From the NCBI RefSeq assembly GCF_001949145.1, contig NW_019091362.1:2425838-2489837 (forward strand): a DNA stretch of 64,000 nucleotides, written 5' to 3'. Within the stretch, counting starts at the first letter, position 1, and every line of letters starts with the position of its first letter. The position numbers and the translations under genes are program-made. Shown here in pieces: positions 1 to 13,600 of the stretch. Below the pieces are notes generated by a model. That model was not told the DNA's origin. It ran no database searches and saw nothing but the letters and a program-made list of their open reading frames with translations. This DNA is from Acanthaster planci (taxonomy: Eukaryota).

Positions 1-1285
1 AATTTAAAATTTCAAATAGCACAGGTAATCAAATAATACTTACAAAAGATGGAGCACAAACATACTGCCTTGACAAGTGATTTTTACGATGTATATTGCA
101 AGCACCAGAATAATAAATCCAAAGACCAGAGCAAACCAGGAACACGGAAGCAAACGTTGCGCATTTACTACTATCCCATTGCTAAGTGACTACAAAAACC
201 CCCAACTGCCATTGGTCCTATCAAATTGTTCGGTCCCACTGCAGATGTCTCCCGAAACTGTTTTCTGTGAAACGGTGACTTGGAGTAATGGGAATAATAA
301 TGTGGCAGTCCGGGGAGCACAAACTGGGATCTGTCTACAAACCTTTGGACCCCCGCGCAAACACATTAAACTTGTCTGGAGGCCGACATGCGCTGATAAA
401 AATGTATAAACGGGCAGAGATGTCAAACCAGGCAGACATATTGGTCAAGGTCTTTGTTTTGGGGCTTGCTAAATAATGAACGTGCTGATTTACCTCAGTT
501 TGTTCGGGATTAAACAAAGAAGCTTTTTTTTTAACACAGTTCCAACACTAGATTTGGAGAGCTTATGCTGGGTGTTCGCATTGTCAGAAGGCCATTTCAT
601 TCTGTTTTTATGCTTTTTGATCTTGAGACAAAAGAAATTAGGATCCCCACCCACAAAAAGAAAACAGCTGGAGTGTTTTAGGGAACAGTAAAGAGGTTAA
701 TCAGTTTAAGAGCTTTATGGCTAGACTGTGAAGCTGTTTTTATAGATCAAACCTTTTATCAGCCCCGTTTGTCAGGGTAAAGGTGACAAAACTGATCCAT
801 CTGATCAAAATGGATTCCATGACTTTTGGTGGGGGTAAAAAAGGGGGAAGATCTTCAGACTCCTAGCTTGCTGTTTTATATTTCTTGCTCTTTCAGAGAT
901 AAATGGGGTTTGCGATGGTAATTCATGCAAGATGTTAAAACTCCTACTCATCGACACGAGCAGTGACAGACTCAGACAAAGGCTTCAACTCAGAGAGTTT
1001 AGAAACCATTACAATCTTACTCCAACTCCCAAGTATTCCTGATAAAAATACCACTGAACCTGTCCTTGTTAGTGCAATCCAAATCACACCACCTCCTCAG
1101 TTATTCACAGAAAACCAAATCTGCCTCTCCTCCAAGCTATATTTTAACATATATATGTTTCAAGGCGTGATCATTTGACATAACCAAAAGTAACATCGCT
1201 TTCAAATGCTTATCCAAACTACTGAAGAATGCCCAAAGCACACAGCACCTTGCAACACTCTCTGTGCAGTCCAACGACTACTTAC

Positions 1286-1547
1286 AGATGATGGAGTCTT
1301 TGCCCAAGGACTGTTTTCGGAGCAGTGCGCCTGGGTCTCCCCCCAGCAGCGGCTGGCCGTTGCGCTGCTGCTGCTGTTGCTGCTGGTGCTCCCCGGCGAC
1401 GGCGGCTTGCTGGGTGTACTTCAGGAGCTCGATCTTGGTGCGCAGTTCCTGGAGTTCGCTGTCCTTCTGGTCGGCATCGCTTGTCAGCTGCTGGAGCCGA
1501 TTGGTCATGTTCGACAGGCTCTGCTCGAAGGCTGCCACCACATGGGC
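1286..1547 (-). CDS. NAV2: Neuron navigator coiled-coil exon (262 nt), AHVVAAFEQSLSNMTNRLQQLTSDADQKDSELQELRTKIELLK..., with a poly-Q tract
   Basis: Acceptor cttttttttattcatgcag, donor T|gtaagt at 1285, phase 0 in and phase 1 out. AHxVAAFEQSLxNMTxRLQ...KDSEL is a hallmark navigator sequence. Confidence 0.94.
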
Positions 1548-4500
1548 CTGCATGAATAAAAAAAAGTGGAAGAGAAACAACATAAACATACCTGCACTCC
1601 ATGTGACAAATTAAAGCCCAAACCTTGGTAAAGTTATGCTTATATTGAGATGCTACATTTCAAATATGACCTCTCTCTGTCACTTTTAAAGGCTCTGACT
1701 TCATCAATTGTATCCATGTTTTTTAAACTCTTTTAAACTAAATTTGAACTTACTTGCAAGATCCAATAAAGTTATGAAGCTTATTACAGAAGTCTACAAT
1801 ATTTTGTTGAAAGATCAAACTTGATAACCTCTCACTGATAAAACAAAAGCATTTGGCAACTAGTGTGTGAGAAATCTTTCAAGTCATTTTTTTCTCAAAA
1901 TACCACTGTTTGGCTACACAAAATCCTGAGCACTCAGACCTAATCTCTTGCAAATCTCTAAGACTGGGTTTCTTTATAATTGTTTCCATTGTTCATTTTT
2001 CACAAACCACTTCACACAAATACACATCCACAGTTCTCTCCTTAAAGCTTCTCTCCACCATCTCACACTTTCTTTCTCCATAGGTGACCGGCATGTGCGA
2101 AGAACGCAAGATTCTTAACTGCTACAATCCACCCCGAGCTGAAGTACACCCCAAAACGGTGAAAGAAAGACAGGTAGTTACAAGCGGGTTCTTGCACGCA
2201 TTCCACAAGTATGCAAAGACCATACAGGCCAGAATAAATTAGTTATGCGTCCTCAGCGTGCTCTGCATCAAACGCGCATATACCTGTGCACCTGTGCAGT
2301 GAGTACCAACAAAAACATGCCCTCTTTTGTTCCGCTCGGAGTGGATAACTGTGCCAAGAGGATGATGAAGATTAATCGCGCATATTACAGAGTCTTCTTC
2401 TATGAATATATATCACTTAGGATTCCACGTCCTTCAAAATTATAATGTATCTGTGGGATATTGACAGATTTATTGCATATCTAATTTTTTTTAACAAGCA
2501 AACATTTTTAAATTGAGGTATATACTTTTTTGTCTAGCTCCGCTGTAATTTTTTGTTGTACTTGACAGTCAAAACAAAGATAATGTGTGTGGGGATTCTC
2601 AAGGATTTATTACCCCAGCAGTGCCGTTGTTAAAAGTGATTATTTTGGATTTTTGCCACACTCTTAGGACAATACGTTAAAGAGTGACTGAAATGCTTTT
2701 TATCAGAATCACAATAAAAAACCTGAGACGAAGGGAAAAACCTTATGCATGTCTCCAATCCTCTGCAGGGTCACCCCTTTCAGAGTAGACACAACAGAAA
2801 ATCCCTCCCTCCAAAGCACTGACATATCTAGAATTCCGGCGAGACAACCTTCATGATTTTTTCCCTTCAAATCTTCGGAGAGATTTATCCTCCTCCAACA
2901 GCGACTAAGACATCGGTGGGATAAGGAATGCACAGTGCCTGATCCCTTCCTTGTCGCTCGCTGTTATCTGAGGGAATTTAGTCCTTTCATCTCCTTTGTT
3001 GCATGTGAAAAGGAATTATCGAGCCAATGCAAAGAATTTACTTTTCTGTTGCACGGTTTCTCTCAGGAGTTTTACAACAGTGTTTCAAAAAGCAGAAACG
3101 TTGTGTTGTAAAGATCCAAGCCTTTGAAAGCAAACATACAATATGTCTTTGATGCTTTGCTTATTAAGTGATTTAGTGAAGCATTAGAACAAGTGTAATT
3201 GTACTTGCATTTGTACAAATCTTTCTCCCAGATCTCTTGATAGGTGCTTAAATTTCGATAAGTCACATTTAGGTTTTTGGACAAGCATTATAAAACTTAA
3301 TCAGGATTCAACAAACCTGGTGCATTTTTTACATTCCCACTTATTTCATCTGTCATGAGCACAGATTCAGCCATTCATGCGCACAGTAACCCACACAATA
3401 GCTTTTCAAGGAAACTTAAATTTGATTTAAGACTGGGATTCCATTTTTCCCCCAAAAGGGGCTGAGGTTCAGCACCAGCTGTTGGACGAAATGAATGGGG
3501 TAAATTACAGCTCACCAGGGTGCAGTACCTGCAGCCCCCACACTGCCCTTCTAGCTCTCTCCCCCAGCCGAGTTCCCCTGCTTGGAGGGGAAAAGTGTGG
3601 CTAATTAATACTAACTGTCAGACTGCCCCAGTTCATAAAGATGATACGAACCAGAAAAACCACAAGCCCACAAGCCGGGAAGTTTTATTCTTCCCAAGAA
3701 TCAACTTCAACTGCAAGTGCATTAAATCTTTTGCCCGGGCAATCACTTCTCTTGTCTTCCTTCAAAATGTCAAATAATGTACCCTGACTTGACTCCAGGC
3801 TTTACAGTTCTTCTGACCCGGGGCCAGAAGTGATAAAAATAGAGACCACTTTATTACAACCGGCTGGTCGTTCTTGGCAAATAAACATTTGGGCCCACTT
3901 CAAGGAACTATTTCACAGCAAACACTCCCCTAAAGTTTATATATTCGGTAAAAATACGGGGAATGTCTGTCACATGAAAGTATTGACTACCCCAATAAAC
4001 CAAAATTAGAAACCACTATTGCTGGGCCATTCTTTTAGTCCGCAGGTGGTATGTGCAAGTTCTACTCCTCTCTGATGTTGTGACTTATCAAACTGCACAT
4101 GAGTGCTTAAAAAGCCCTGTGCGTGAGTGTAGTGAACCCTGCACTAATGGCTTCTTTTCGGATTAGTCTACGGTCTTTCTGCTCTTAGCAAATATCTATG
4201 CCCTTTGACTGCTCCGTCACATCTTTTTTCTTTGCATGTTAACTAATTAGTGCACGCTCAATATGACGTAAATAATAGTGGACTGGTTACATGGAGCCAT
4301 TGTCAGCCACCGCAGAGCATCTCAAGTCTCTCCTGATTCACACCAATGCTTGGTAAAATATCCACCTTGTAGGCACAACTGCAGCTGAACTTTACACCCC
4401 ATGCAATGTCTAAAGCCAATGTCAGTGTGCACTAGAAAACTAGTGGACTCTGCCTTTGTCATGGGCATCATTGTGTATATTATTTACAATGAACTTATCC

Positions 4501-7302
4501 TGTGTAGGAAGACTACCAGCATATCCCAGGTTGACACGGCTTCATTCACCATTACCCTACCCGCAGAGCTTGCTCCATTATGCCCTGCCATAACAGTTTC
4601 CCTTCCGCTACGGATGTCTCCTCATGTTCTTTCTCTAGATTATCTGACGCTCGGATAATCTAGTCTTTTTCAAATTAACATCACCAAATACAAGGCCAGA
4701 TGGCCACTCAAAATGAAGGGCAATATCAGTGGCCTGGACCAAGCACTGGAACGCAGAAGACTTGTTAGCTTAATACTAGACACCATCAGACAAAATGTTC
4801 CATCAGCCTCTCATTTCCCTAAACTAATTATGCTCTTACTTAGTGCAGAAATTATCACCTGCTACCTCCATTTGGACAGTCACACCTTTGATGTGGATTG
4901 CTAAGTGGATTAGAGGGTGTGAACTGGCTCATTGTCTGGGTTCAGTGGGTGTCTGTTGGGAACCCTAAATGGGCATTCTACCTGCTCCCAATAGCTCCAT
5001 GGTGCAGGAGAAACACAGCAAACCACAAGCTACAGCACTGCTTACAATGCTCTCTGCTGTTTGCATGGTTGGTTGATCTTTGTGCACATATGGGCTATTT
5101 GCAAATGTATGCCTGCACATTCAGGGCTACAAATTCTATGCAACCTTTTTTTTTATGTCAGACACTTCAATTTTATGTGGTCCACTTGCACTTGTATAGA
5201 GACATGTACTACATGTACTGTATGTACATGTACATGTACACACAATGTGACCTGACTAGGAGTTGTTCAATTACTGGCCAGGATTTTGTCCACTTTTTGT
5301 CACCATTATGTTTGATTCAACTATTTGGTGTCATTTTTCACTCCGATTTGTAATTTTCAAGAAAATGTTAAAGACACAATTAATTCCATTGTCCAATGCA
5401 AGCAACTAGTAACAAGAACAATGCAGTGAAATCATCAGGTCATGGAATGTTCCAAATGCGCCATGAATGGACACATCTTTTATTCTACTCACATGCATTG
5501 CATTCGCTGGCATCTTGAAAGAAGTTCAACAATGTATTAACCCAAATCAACAAGCCGAGCAAAAGAGAAGTACTCTGCACAATGGCTGGCTGAACACCCA
5601 AGAATGTCACAGAACTGTCCAGCTTGTTCCTTGCTCCACGGTCACACCTCCAAGTGAATGTACAACTTCAAGCAGTGGCGCTTACAACTGCATACACACA
5701 CCACCATGGGGTGTCGTCCGGCTAATGAAGTTATTGGCAGTCTGTGGTGGGCGAGGACCCTTGGCCATTACACACTGCATCCAGGTGTCACTCTGCTCCT
5801 GCCAAGGTCACTGCACAATCATCCCATATGATGATGTGACAAGGGATGGGAGGCTGGCCTTACTCCTGCTGGTGAGGATGTGATGTGTTGATTGACCAGC
5901 TAAGCTGTTCCCTCACTCCACTGTGATCACTGACCAGACAAATCTGAAGAGTTCCTAAAATAATGACTGCGCCACCTAAAAATCTGCAAGTTTGGCGGAG
6001 CTGTGCTCACAGAAAGGGATTTTTCTACATCTAACTCGAGATAAAAGAGGTATTTCTGGAGTCAGTCAGTTAAAAAGGGATTAGTCGCACCGTGGTCCCG
6101 TAGTGGTCAATACTCTGAATGAATAAAGTCAGGGCACTAATCCACTGCTGGCTAGTCTGTGGGATTATGAGGTGACCACTGCACTGCTGATGTCCACTCC
6201 CAGGTGCAACTGCTTTTTTTTTTTTAAGAAGACCACAGCTACCAGTCTCCCAGTGCTAGACAACCACATCAATTAACACACACAGACACAAAGAGACTAG
6301 GAGTCCAGTGTGTCCATCATTGTAGCACTGTGAGACAGCTTTGGTGTCTTCATGATCTATGAGCAAAATCACTGGCAGGGTGGATCTGTCACCCAGGGCA
6401 TGACACAGGTGCTACTGTCTGGCAAGATTAGCCATGAGTGGACAGAAAACTATTACTTAACCCCTTAGCCCACAGCTTACTGTCTGATAAGCCTGGCTCT
6501 GGCCCCAATCATCTCTATAAGCTGAAATCCATAACCAATTGCATCTTCTAGTAAATAAGGTCAGGCAAGAGAAATCACCCCTTTGTGACCAAGTGACTTT
6601 TGAAAACTCTCAAAGAAGCTTCCTCCCAAGACTTCTGTCCAGTAAGTTCACAAAGTTGGAATCCAAATCACTACAATGTTTCCTGCTTGTGAAGAAGATG
6701 GAATATTTACAAAAAAAATGGTATGTGTATTCTCCAGGAAAGACCTTTGATCAATAACATGCAATGGGATTTGTGGTCAAATTGCAAATGCACACAATAA
6801 ATTCAAATATTTGACAGCAAAACAAAATTACAGGGTCTCGGCTAGCTGGAAACTGCTTGTGCTGTGTCTAATGTGTCTTCATACACTTATACATTACGTA
6901 TAAGTGAGAGGACTGCATCTTTTGTGTAACAGCTCAAAGACTGATTCCAAAGCGTTCTTTATCGCAACAGAATTGCAAAAAATAACTAGCAAAGAAAGAA
7001 CGAGTGTAAATGGTTTCATCTTTGTCAGGCATCTTTGAAGCAATTGTTCCATCCCACTCAATGTTCTTTCTTCACTAAAGCATCCTTGACAGTTTTCTTT
7101 TTAAAACTTCCCCTCTTTTTTCATAAACATTTGAGCTTTCTTTTGGCACAAAGCCATTTTGAAAAACCGAACAAAGATGAGAATGCAAAGATTTGAGCAG
7201 CATGTGAAAAGAAGGATTTAAAAAAAACGAGCAGAGGGAAAGCGGAAATCCGCTCCGGCCTTAGGTAATGTCACTAATACCCCGCCCGCATGTCACACTG
7301 CG

Positions 7303-7316
7303 GCGCCCTCTTGTGG
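7303..7316 (-). promoter_or_regulatory. CTCF-like core motif CCACAAGAGGGCGC
   Basis: Near-match to the CTCF core CCASYAGRKGGCRS inside a small CpG-rich patch (7240-7320). Confidence 0.4.
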
Positions 7317-7396
7317 GTCCATGAGACTGAAGCCTGCAGCCTTGAGTTGTCACAGCACTGTCTCAGAGAACAATCCAACTTTTATACATGACTTAC

Positions 7397-7639
7397 GACT
7401 GATGCATGGTAAATTAAAAGGGGGACAATGACTGCGACAAATCCCTCTAACACAAAAATAGCAATCTCCCAAATAGGGACCACGGCCAAAGCACCGAGGC
7501 TTACGGACTGCACGGACAGATTATTACACAAGTTGTCATTACAGTCGTCCACTTCAGTTCCAAAGAAGGGAAACCCTAGAGCTCTTTGCCTTCTCTTAAT
7601 AGACCATACAAAAATGCGTGTGTGTGGCACGGGTTCCAT
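7397..7639 (-). CDS. Candidate alternative first coding exon (81 codons) ending in a long hydrophobic segment
   Basis: gaaATGG start, open for 243 nt to the donor GTC|gtaagt in phase 0. Encodes ...LGALAVVPIWEIAIFVLEGFVAVIVPLLIYHASV. Confidence 0.45.
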
Positions 7640-10600
7640 TTCTCAATTCCACTTGCATCGTGCAGAGTTTTAAAAGTTCACTGAAGTGGACAAAGCAACA
7701 AAGGAAGGAGGGAGTGCAGAAGGCTCTCCTTTGGGAATCCTTCTCCATGGAGGGCAAATGCTACATTATCGGAAAAGCCTGAGCATGGGAGGTATTGCTG
7801 AATTCTTTCCGTTTGGACTGAGCCATTACTAACGGCCAGAAAGCTTCCATTTGCGGTGAATTATTCAATCATCCCACTGCAGTCACCCAGTGCTATAAAA
7901 AATGTCAACTCTTTTTGTGCACTTTTTCAAGTCAGTCTTTTGAAAATGTCAATTGTTTTTCATCCAAAGGAGTCCTTAGTGTCCGTTAAGTTGTACTACA
8001 AATCTATGAGGGAGTTACGCAGAATGGCTCATCTGCACATCCAATTAATCAATAAACATTACCAAATAATGATTTCACCTTCATCCTGCAATCATATAGA
8101 GGATTCTACGTGTTACTCTTAGTGTATACAACCATTTTAAGAACCATAGCCATTTTTGGTACAAACTGAATCTGTGAACATTTGGACATTATCAAACGTT
8201 CATTTGAGTAAAAGTCAGATTACATCACAAATTATTCTTTTTAAGATAGCTCTCATGTGTTTTGTATTTACAAACACCACTGTAACTGCCTATTTCCTCA
8301 TCAGCTTCAACAATTATGAACAGAGCTACAAATCTGATTTCAATTACTTTCTATGGCTGGATACAAAAAAATCCATACCGAGGTTTGTCACCAACCACAG
8401 AGCAAGGACCCATAACCAGTCCCTTTGTTTCACAGTCAGCACAATTTTATTTACCAGCGGGCATATCATTTTTCTTCTCTGCCAAAAATTTGCCCTATAA
8501 TTCTAGTCCTGTGGTGGAGCTGTGGATATAGTTAGATCAAACCGTGAAACACATGGGACCAATTTATTGCTCATAAGTTAGGTCCCTGAGTGCAGGATTA
8601 GGCTGGAGAGGGAACCACTGGTGGGTGGATGTTGAAGAACTCCACTGGGTGTTCCCTCTCCAGATATATTTATCCCCGAATTGGGTTTCATTGCAAAGAG
8701 GAGGGCTCAAGAATAAAAACAACCCTGGATTGGCAAGGCCAGCACAACGCCAATTATTTTGCATGACCTTGGTAATGATGACATTTATCTTCCAAGATGT
8801 TTGTAATGATTGACTGTTGTCCCCAAAGAAGGTGCTAGAACTCATGCAACATACATCAGGCTTCAATGAATTCTTCTCAAGTATTGGTCTCTAATATCGA
8901 GGTAATGTATGGTAAAAACCTTTAATAATTCGCATCTGAAAAATTTCCCTCCCTCTTTTCATATATTGTGCCATCTCGATGGCAACATCCCCTCCTTTCC
9001 TGCTCTCCCAAACAAAAGATTCTGAGAGATGGTAGCCATCATCCAATAAATCTCCTGCAACTCAAAAGACAGAGAGACTACCTCCTCCTCTCCCACAATA
9101 GCATTAAGAGGATAACGTACGCCTCACCAGCCCAAACCTTCAGCCAAATCCTTTAATTGGTGCTGCAACATTTTTGTTCCAGGCTAAGGATACTCCATGG
9201 GATAGCCAGTCAGATGAGGGATGTCCAAACAACACAAACAAGTCTGTTGCAAGAGACACAAAGTCCGACAGTTCCGGAGACGGGCACAATCCACAAAAAT
9301 CTCAATGGTCAAAGCCGGGGATCAGACTTTGGAATCATCCTTCCACAAAAGCTGCAGAGACAGCACTGGCAAAGTTCTGAATGTACTGGGTGGAATTCTG
9401 TTTGGGTTGGAGTCTACGGTACTTATTCATTTAAGCCACCCTGGAGTAATAAGAGTGTTTTTAGTGAAAGAGGGAGACAGTTATGATTTGTTTGGGTGGG
9501 GAGGCTGCCTTTCTGGAAGCACAACAATGGGATTTTAAAGGAATTGAAAAGAATGAACTCCAAGTTAATAAGTTTTAAAAAGCCAATGAAAACATGACAT
9601 CGGAGACAATGTAGCTGATAGCTCAGTCGAGTGAGGCATTGGCAAATTTCAGGAAAGAAATGACACAAACATGTCAATGTCAGCACGCTCTCAGGCATGA
9701 GTATTAAACTACTGTTGAGAAAAAAAAACGACCATTCTTGAGACTCACCATTTTGACAAGGCACAAGTACCATCAAGGGTGGCAAAACATCTTGCTAAGC
9801 CCAGCGGCCAAATGCTGTCACTGGGTATTTGGATTTGGAAATTTCTCCTCACATCAACCAGCCAAATAGCTCCCTCTGCTCAGGCATAGCTGAGCCTCTT
9901 AGGGTGGTCAACACTGAGGGCAGACAGAGGGGGTGGTCACACCCCAGGGCACACCTGATGTCAAGAGTACAAATCCCCCACCCCTGGGAGTACAGGCCCA
10001 AGAAGCTGTGCAAACATCAGGACAGCATGGTGGGCCCCTGGGTCCAGTCTCTGTTAACACCCCCTTGTCAAGAGCTGTGAGCGGAAGAGACTTTTTTGTG
10101 ATAGGCACAAAGTGGACAGGCATATCCCACAAATAAAATGCACGAGGGTTCACTCAAGAACAGTCTGCTACTGCACAGCTATAAGTCTAATACATCTGCA
10201 TGTGTCAACAACTTCTCTTCCAATTAGAAAGATGACTTGCAAAATCCATACTTGTACAAATACCTGTTTGAAAATGATAAAACTCTCAATAATCCACAAA
10301 AATAATTGGGTCTCAAGAGAAGACATTTCCTTTACACCAAAAAATACTCTGGAAACTTTCTAATTTGACAACTAGCCTTTTCCTCAGTTATCAATACATT
10401 ACATCTACCAGTCACTTTCTAAAGCATCTGGACAAATCAGGGAAATCCACCGTACACTTTCTTAACACTCTAATCAGCACTTTCAATTTTGATGAAATCG
10501 CAAGCTACAAACCTCCAAACCTTAAGTTGTCCCATTCTGTGAATAACGTGTGGGGTTTCAATGAAATGCTTGAAGGTAATCAAGGTGGACATGGATAATT

Positions 10601-13600
10601 CACGAGTGGAATGAATGATTCCAGTCACAATTGAAAATGATCAGCACACCTTCAAATACCTTCACAAATGATTTTGGCAAGCCCTAAATGTGGGTAGGTG
10701 GTTTCCCAATGACACGGCCAAATACAGACATAATAGATGAATAATTACATTCCATCCACCAAGGTGAGGCCTCGGGACAACTTATTCATGTAAAAGGAGT
10801 TGACTCATTTCTGGCCCACAAAAATAAATCAAGAAAACCAGGCTAGCTTTGACACCGTGCATGACAAAAATACTGATGTTTGGGGCACTTGGAAAAAAAT
10901 TCACAACTTCCGATGTAATCTCTGAAGCACATCTACTTCCCCAAATAAATTTCAATGCAATTTGAAATAGACTTACTTGTAAAACTAGTTGAATCCTACC
11001 TCTGAAGTAAGGAAAGTTGGCGTGAAATGATGCCATCCCACACAAAGTATCGAGTCTACTGGGGTATACTAGATCCCACACAGGTCATTTTATGCAATAC
11101 TGAAGGTGTATGGTTTTCGCCTCTCCAATTCCATTCTTTGCACCTGTAATACCTCCTTAGGCAAGAAATCTGATGTGCATGTGAAAGTTCGTTCTTATTG
11201 GTAGACATCTCATCCACAAAAAAGGTGCGGCTACAATGCAAGTGCAAGATTAGAATTGGAGATTGGGATGTATTGTGGAGTATCTTGCTCTCCCCAGTCA
11301 AATGAAATCAAATTTTTATAGGGTTAAAGGTGCAAACTGCGACCGGGCAAAATTGGCGGTTTCTTTCGACAAGGCAGCAGGAGGTGATGAAATTAGACCA
11401 GAAATGTCGCGCTTAATGTTGCAAATGAGACATAAGTCAGAGTAGACTGGTGCCTGCTTATAATGTCTATGTACGCATTTAGTTCAGGCACCACCCTAAT
11501 TGCTTACATAGGTCAAGTCGCTGCTCCTTGTGCCATTTGATCTCTGCCAAGATTCTTGGCATTTTTCCAAAACATTTTTGATTCTGACTTCTACTTAAAG
11601 TGACAGTAGTAAACTATGTTTGAAATATGGTGAACAAACACCATTCCTGGTACAAAACCTTGTAATTAGCTCAATCCTTTTGAAAAATTTGTTTCTTAAG
11701 TGCTTCAGTATCCTCGACCCCCCTTCGGCAAGGCCGACTGGGGGAGCTCTATTGAGACCCATCACTCAAATCCTGACAAACATCTCAGCACCCGGATGGC
11801 TTCTGATAAAGTGTCTGTTGGTTTTCTATTGTACTCCTTTCAAATGCACCTTGTATTCTTGGTTTCTTCCAAAATAAATCACCTGTTTCCCCCTTTTGTG
11901 TAGGGACCTTCCCCCTAACGACAGGAGTTGGCATTTTGAGCCCATGTCCTGTTGTTATTTTTGTTTTACCCTACCTCATTTTTCCCCCCTTCAATAGCCC
12001 AGTCAAACTGGATATCTCTTGTCCTGACTTCTTATGGCTTGTTTACATCTGGTAGAACCTTGCCGAATAAATGTGTACATTGAGTCCGAGTTGAGTAAGT
12101 TATTCCAAGTTGTAAAGTTGGACTGTGCTGCTGTGGTAACTTTTTCATTGTGGTTTGTACTATGCTTTTTTTTGGGGGGGGGTTATAGCCATCATTGCTC
12201 TGGGATTTGTGCATATTACACACCATGAATAAAGGTAGCTAATGTACAGTAACTACTGCCAAGCTATCTAAAACAAAATCATGAATTCAAATATTTGTGA
12301 GGGAAGGTTAATTTTTTTATGTTCTTTCCAGCCAGCTAATTGAAATCTTTATCCCCTGACGCTCAAACTGCTTCTACAGATCTTCAAATAGCTAAATAAC
12401 CCGATTCTGGATTTTGCTCTCTCCAGCAGTGGTACTGTTCATGCCAGTGGGGGGGGGGAGACTTGTCTTGTCATGGAGCAACAACTTATGGAAGGATTGC
12501 TTGGAGCCTGTGGCCATCAGCATGGAGATGACTCATCCACAATGTAATGGTTAGTTGTCAGTGTAACTGTTTTGCCTGTTGATAATCTTTTCGCCAGGAC
12601 CGTCCACACTAATGAGAGTAAATGTTGGTAGTGGGGGTGCTGTGGTTAGTTTTTGTTGGATCAATTCTCCTCCCACCCCAGCACTTTAATTTCCAATAAC
12701 ACAGAATTCATCCCTCCAGATGTGCGCATTGGGGGGTTGTTTTCAAAATGTTTTGAAATAACAAATTCTGGAACACTTCACAATGTGTCGGAACACGATA
12801 GCCAACTGCACAATGAAAAGTAATTTTCATTTCAAAACTCTCTTCCTAGATTCAGAATTTTGAGCTGGACCATGAAAAGGCTCTTCTTCTTGTGATGGAT
12901 GGGTTTCAGGCAAGACAGGCCATGATGGTAAGCACTATGTTTTGTCTAATAAAGCAGACTTTGCCATTCTTGTGGAGCTATTCACTGACAATTTTTGTTA
13001 GTTCAGGCACACTCTTCTGATTGTTAGAAAGCCTAGTAAAACTAAACTGTCTGATCTGATATTAAAAAATGGCCACACATCAAAAATTGATCACTTTTTG
13101 TTTTGCTCTTCAGTTTCCAGAAGAAAACATCTACATGTGAAGTAAGGATCTATGTTGATGCACCACATCGCTTCTATCAAATATTTTATCAGGGAGGTAT
13201 TTATGTAATTTGATTTCACAAATTACAAAACAGAGTGTATTAGGCTCTTGACGACTCAAAGGCTTTCACTAAAAGTCCCTGCTAAAAACAAGTCCATTGC
13301 CTTACATGCATGAAATCAAAATATGCCATACAAAAGCTGACAACAAAATTTGTTCAAATTGATTGAGACACTATTCTATTACACATGTTACATAATGCTT
13401 CATTTCAGAGCAAAGAAATCTATTATTAACGAGTTGAAACTATTTTAAGTAACACATATTGAAATCAAACCATTGATTTATTGATCCAATAAGAATGCAC
13501 AGCAACAGCATTTCCTGATAAAATGACGTCACTCTGAGTGTGCAAGTGCAATTGGCATTTTGCCAAAATATGATGAAATCACAACAGATGGTCGTAAATA

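Noticed and set aside
1592..1602. ATG GAG TGC AG|gtatgt just upstream of the 1547 acceptor
   Set aside because: The implied intron is only 44 nt and the phase is wrong.
1206..1614. Plus-strand ORFs with poly-Leu/poly-Cys/poly-Ala
   Set aside because: These are antisense shadows of the CAG-rich navigator exon.
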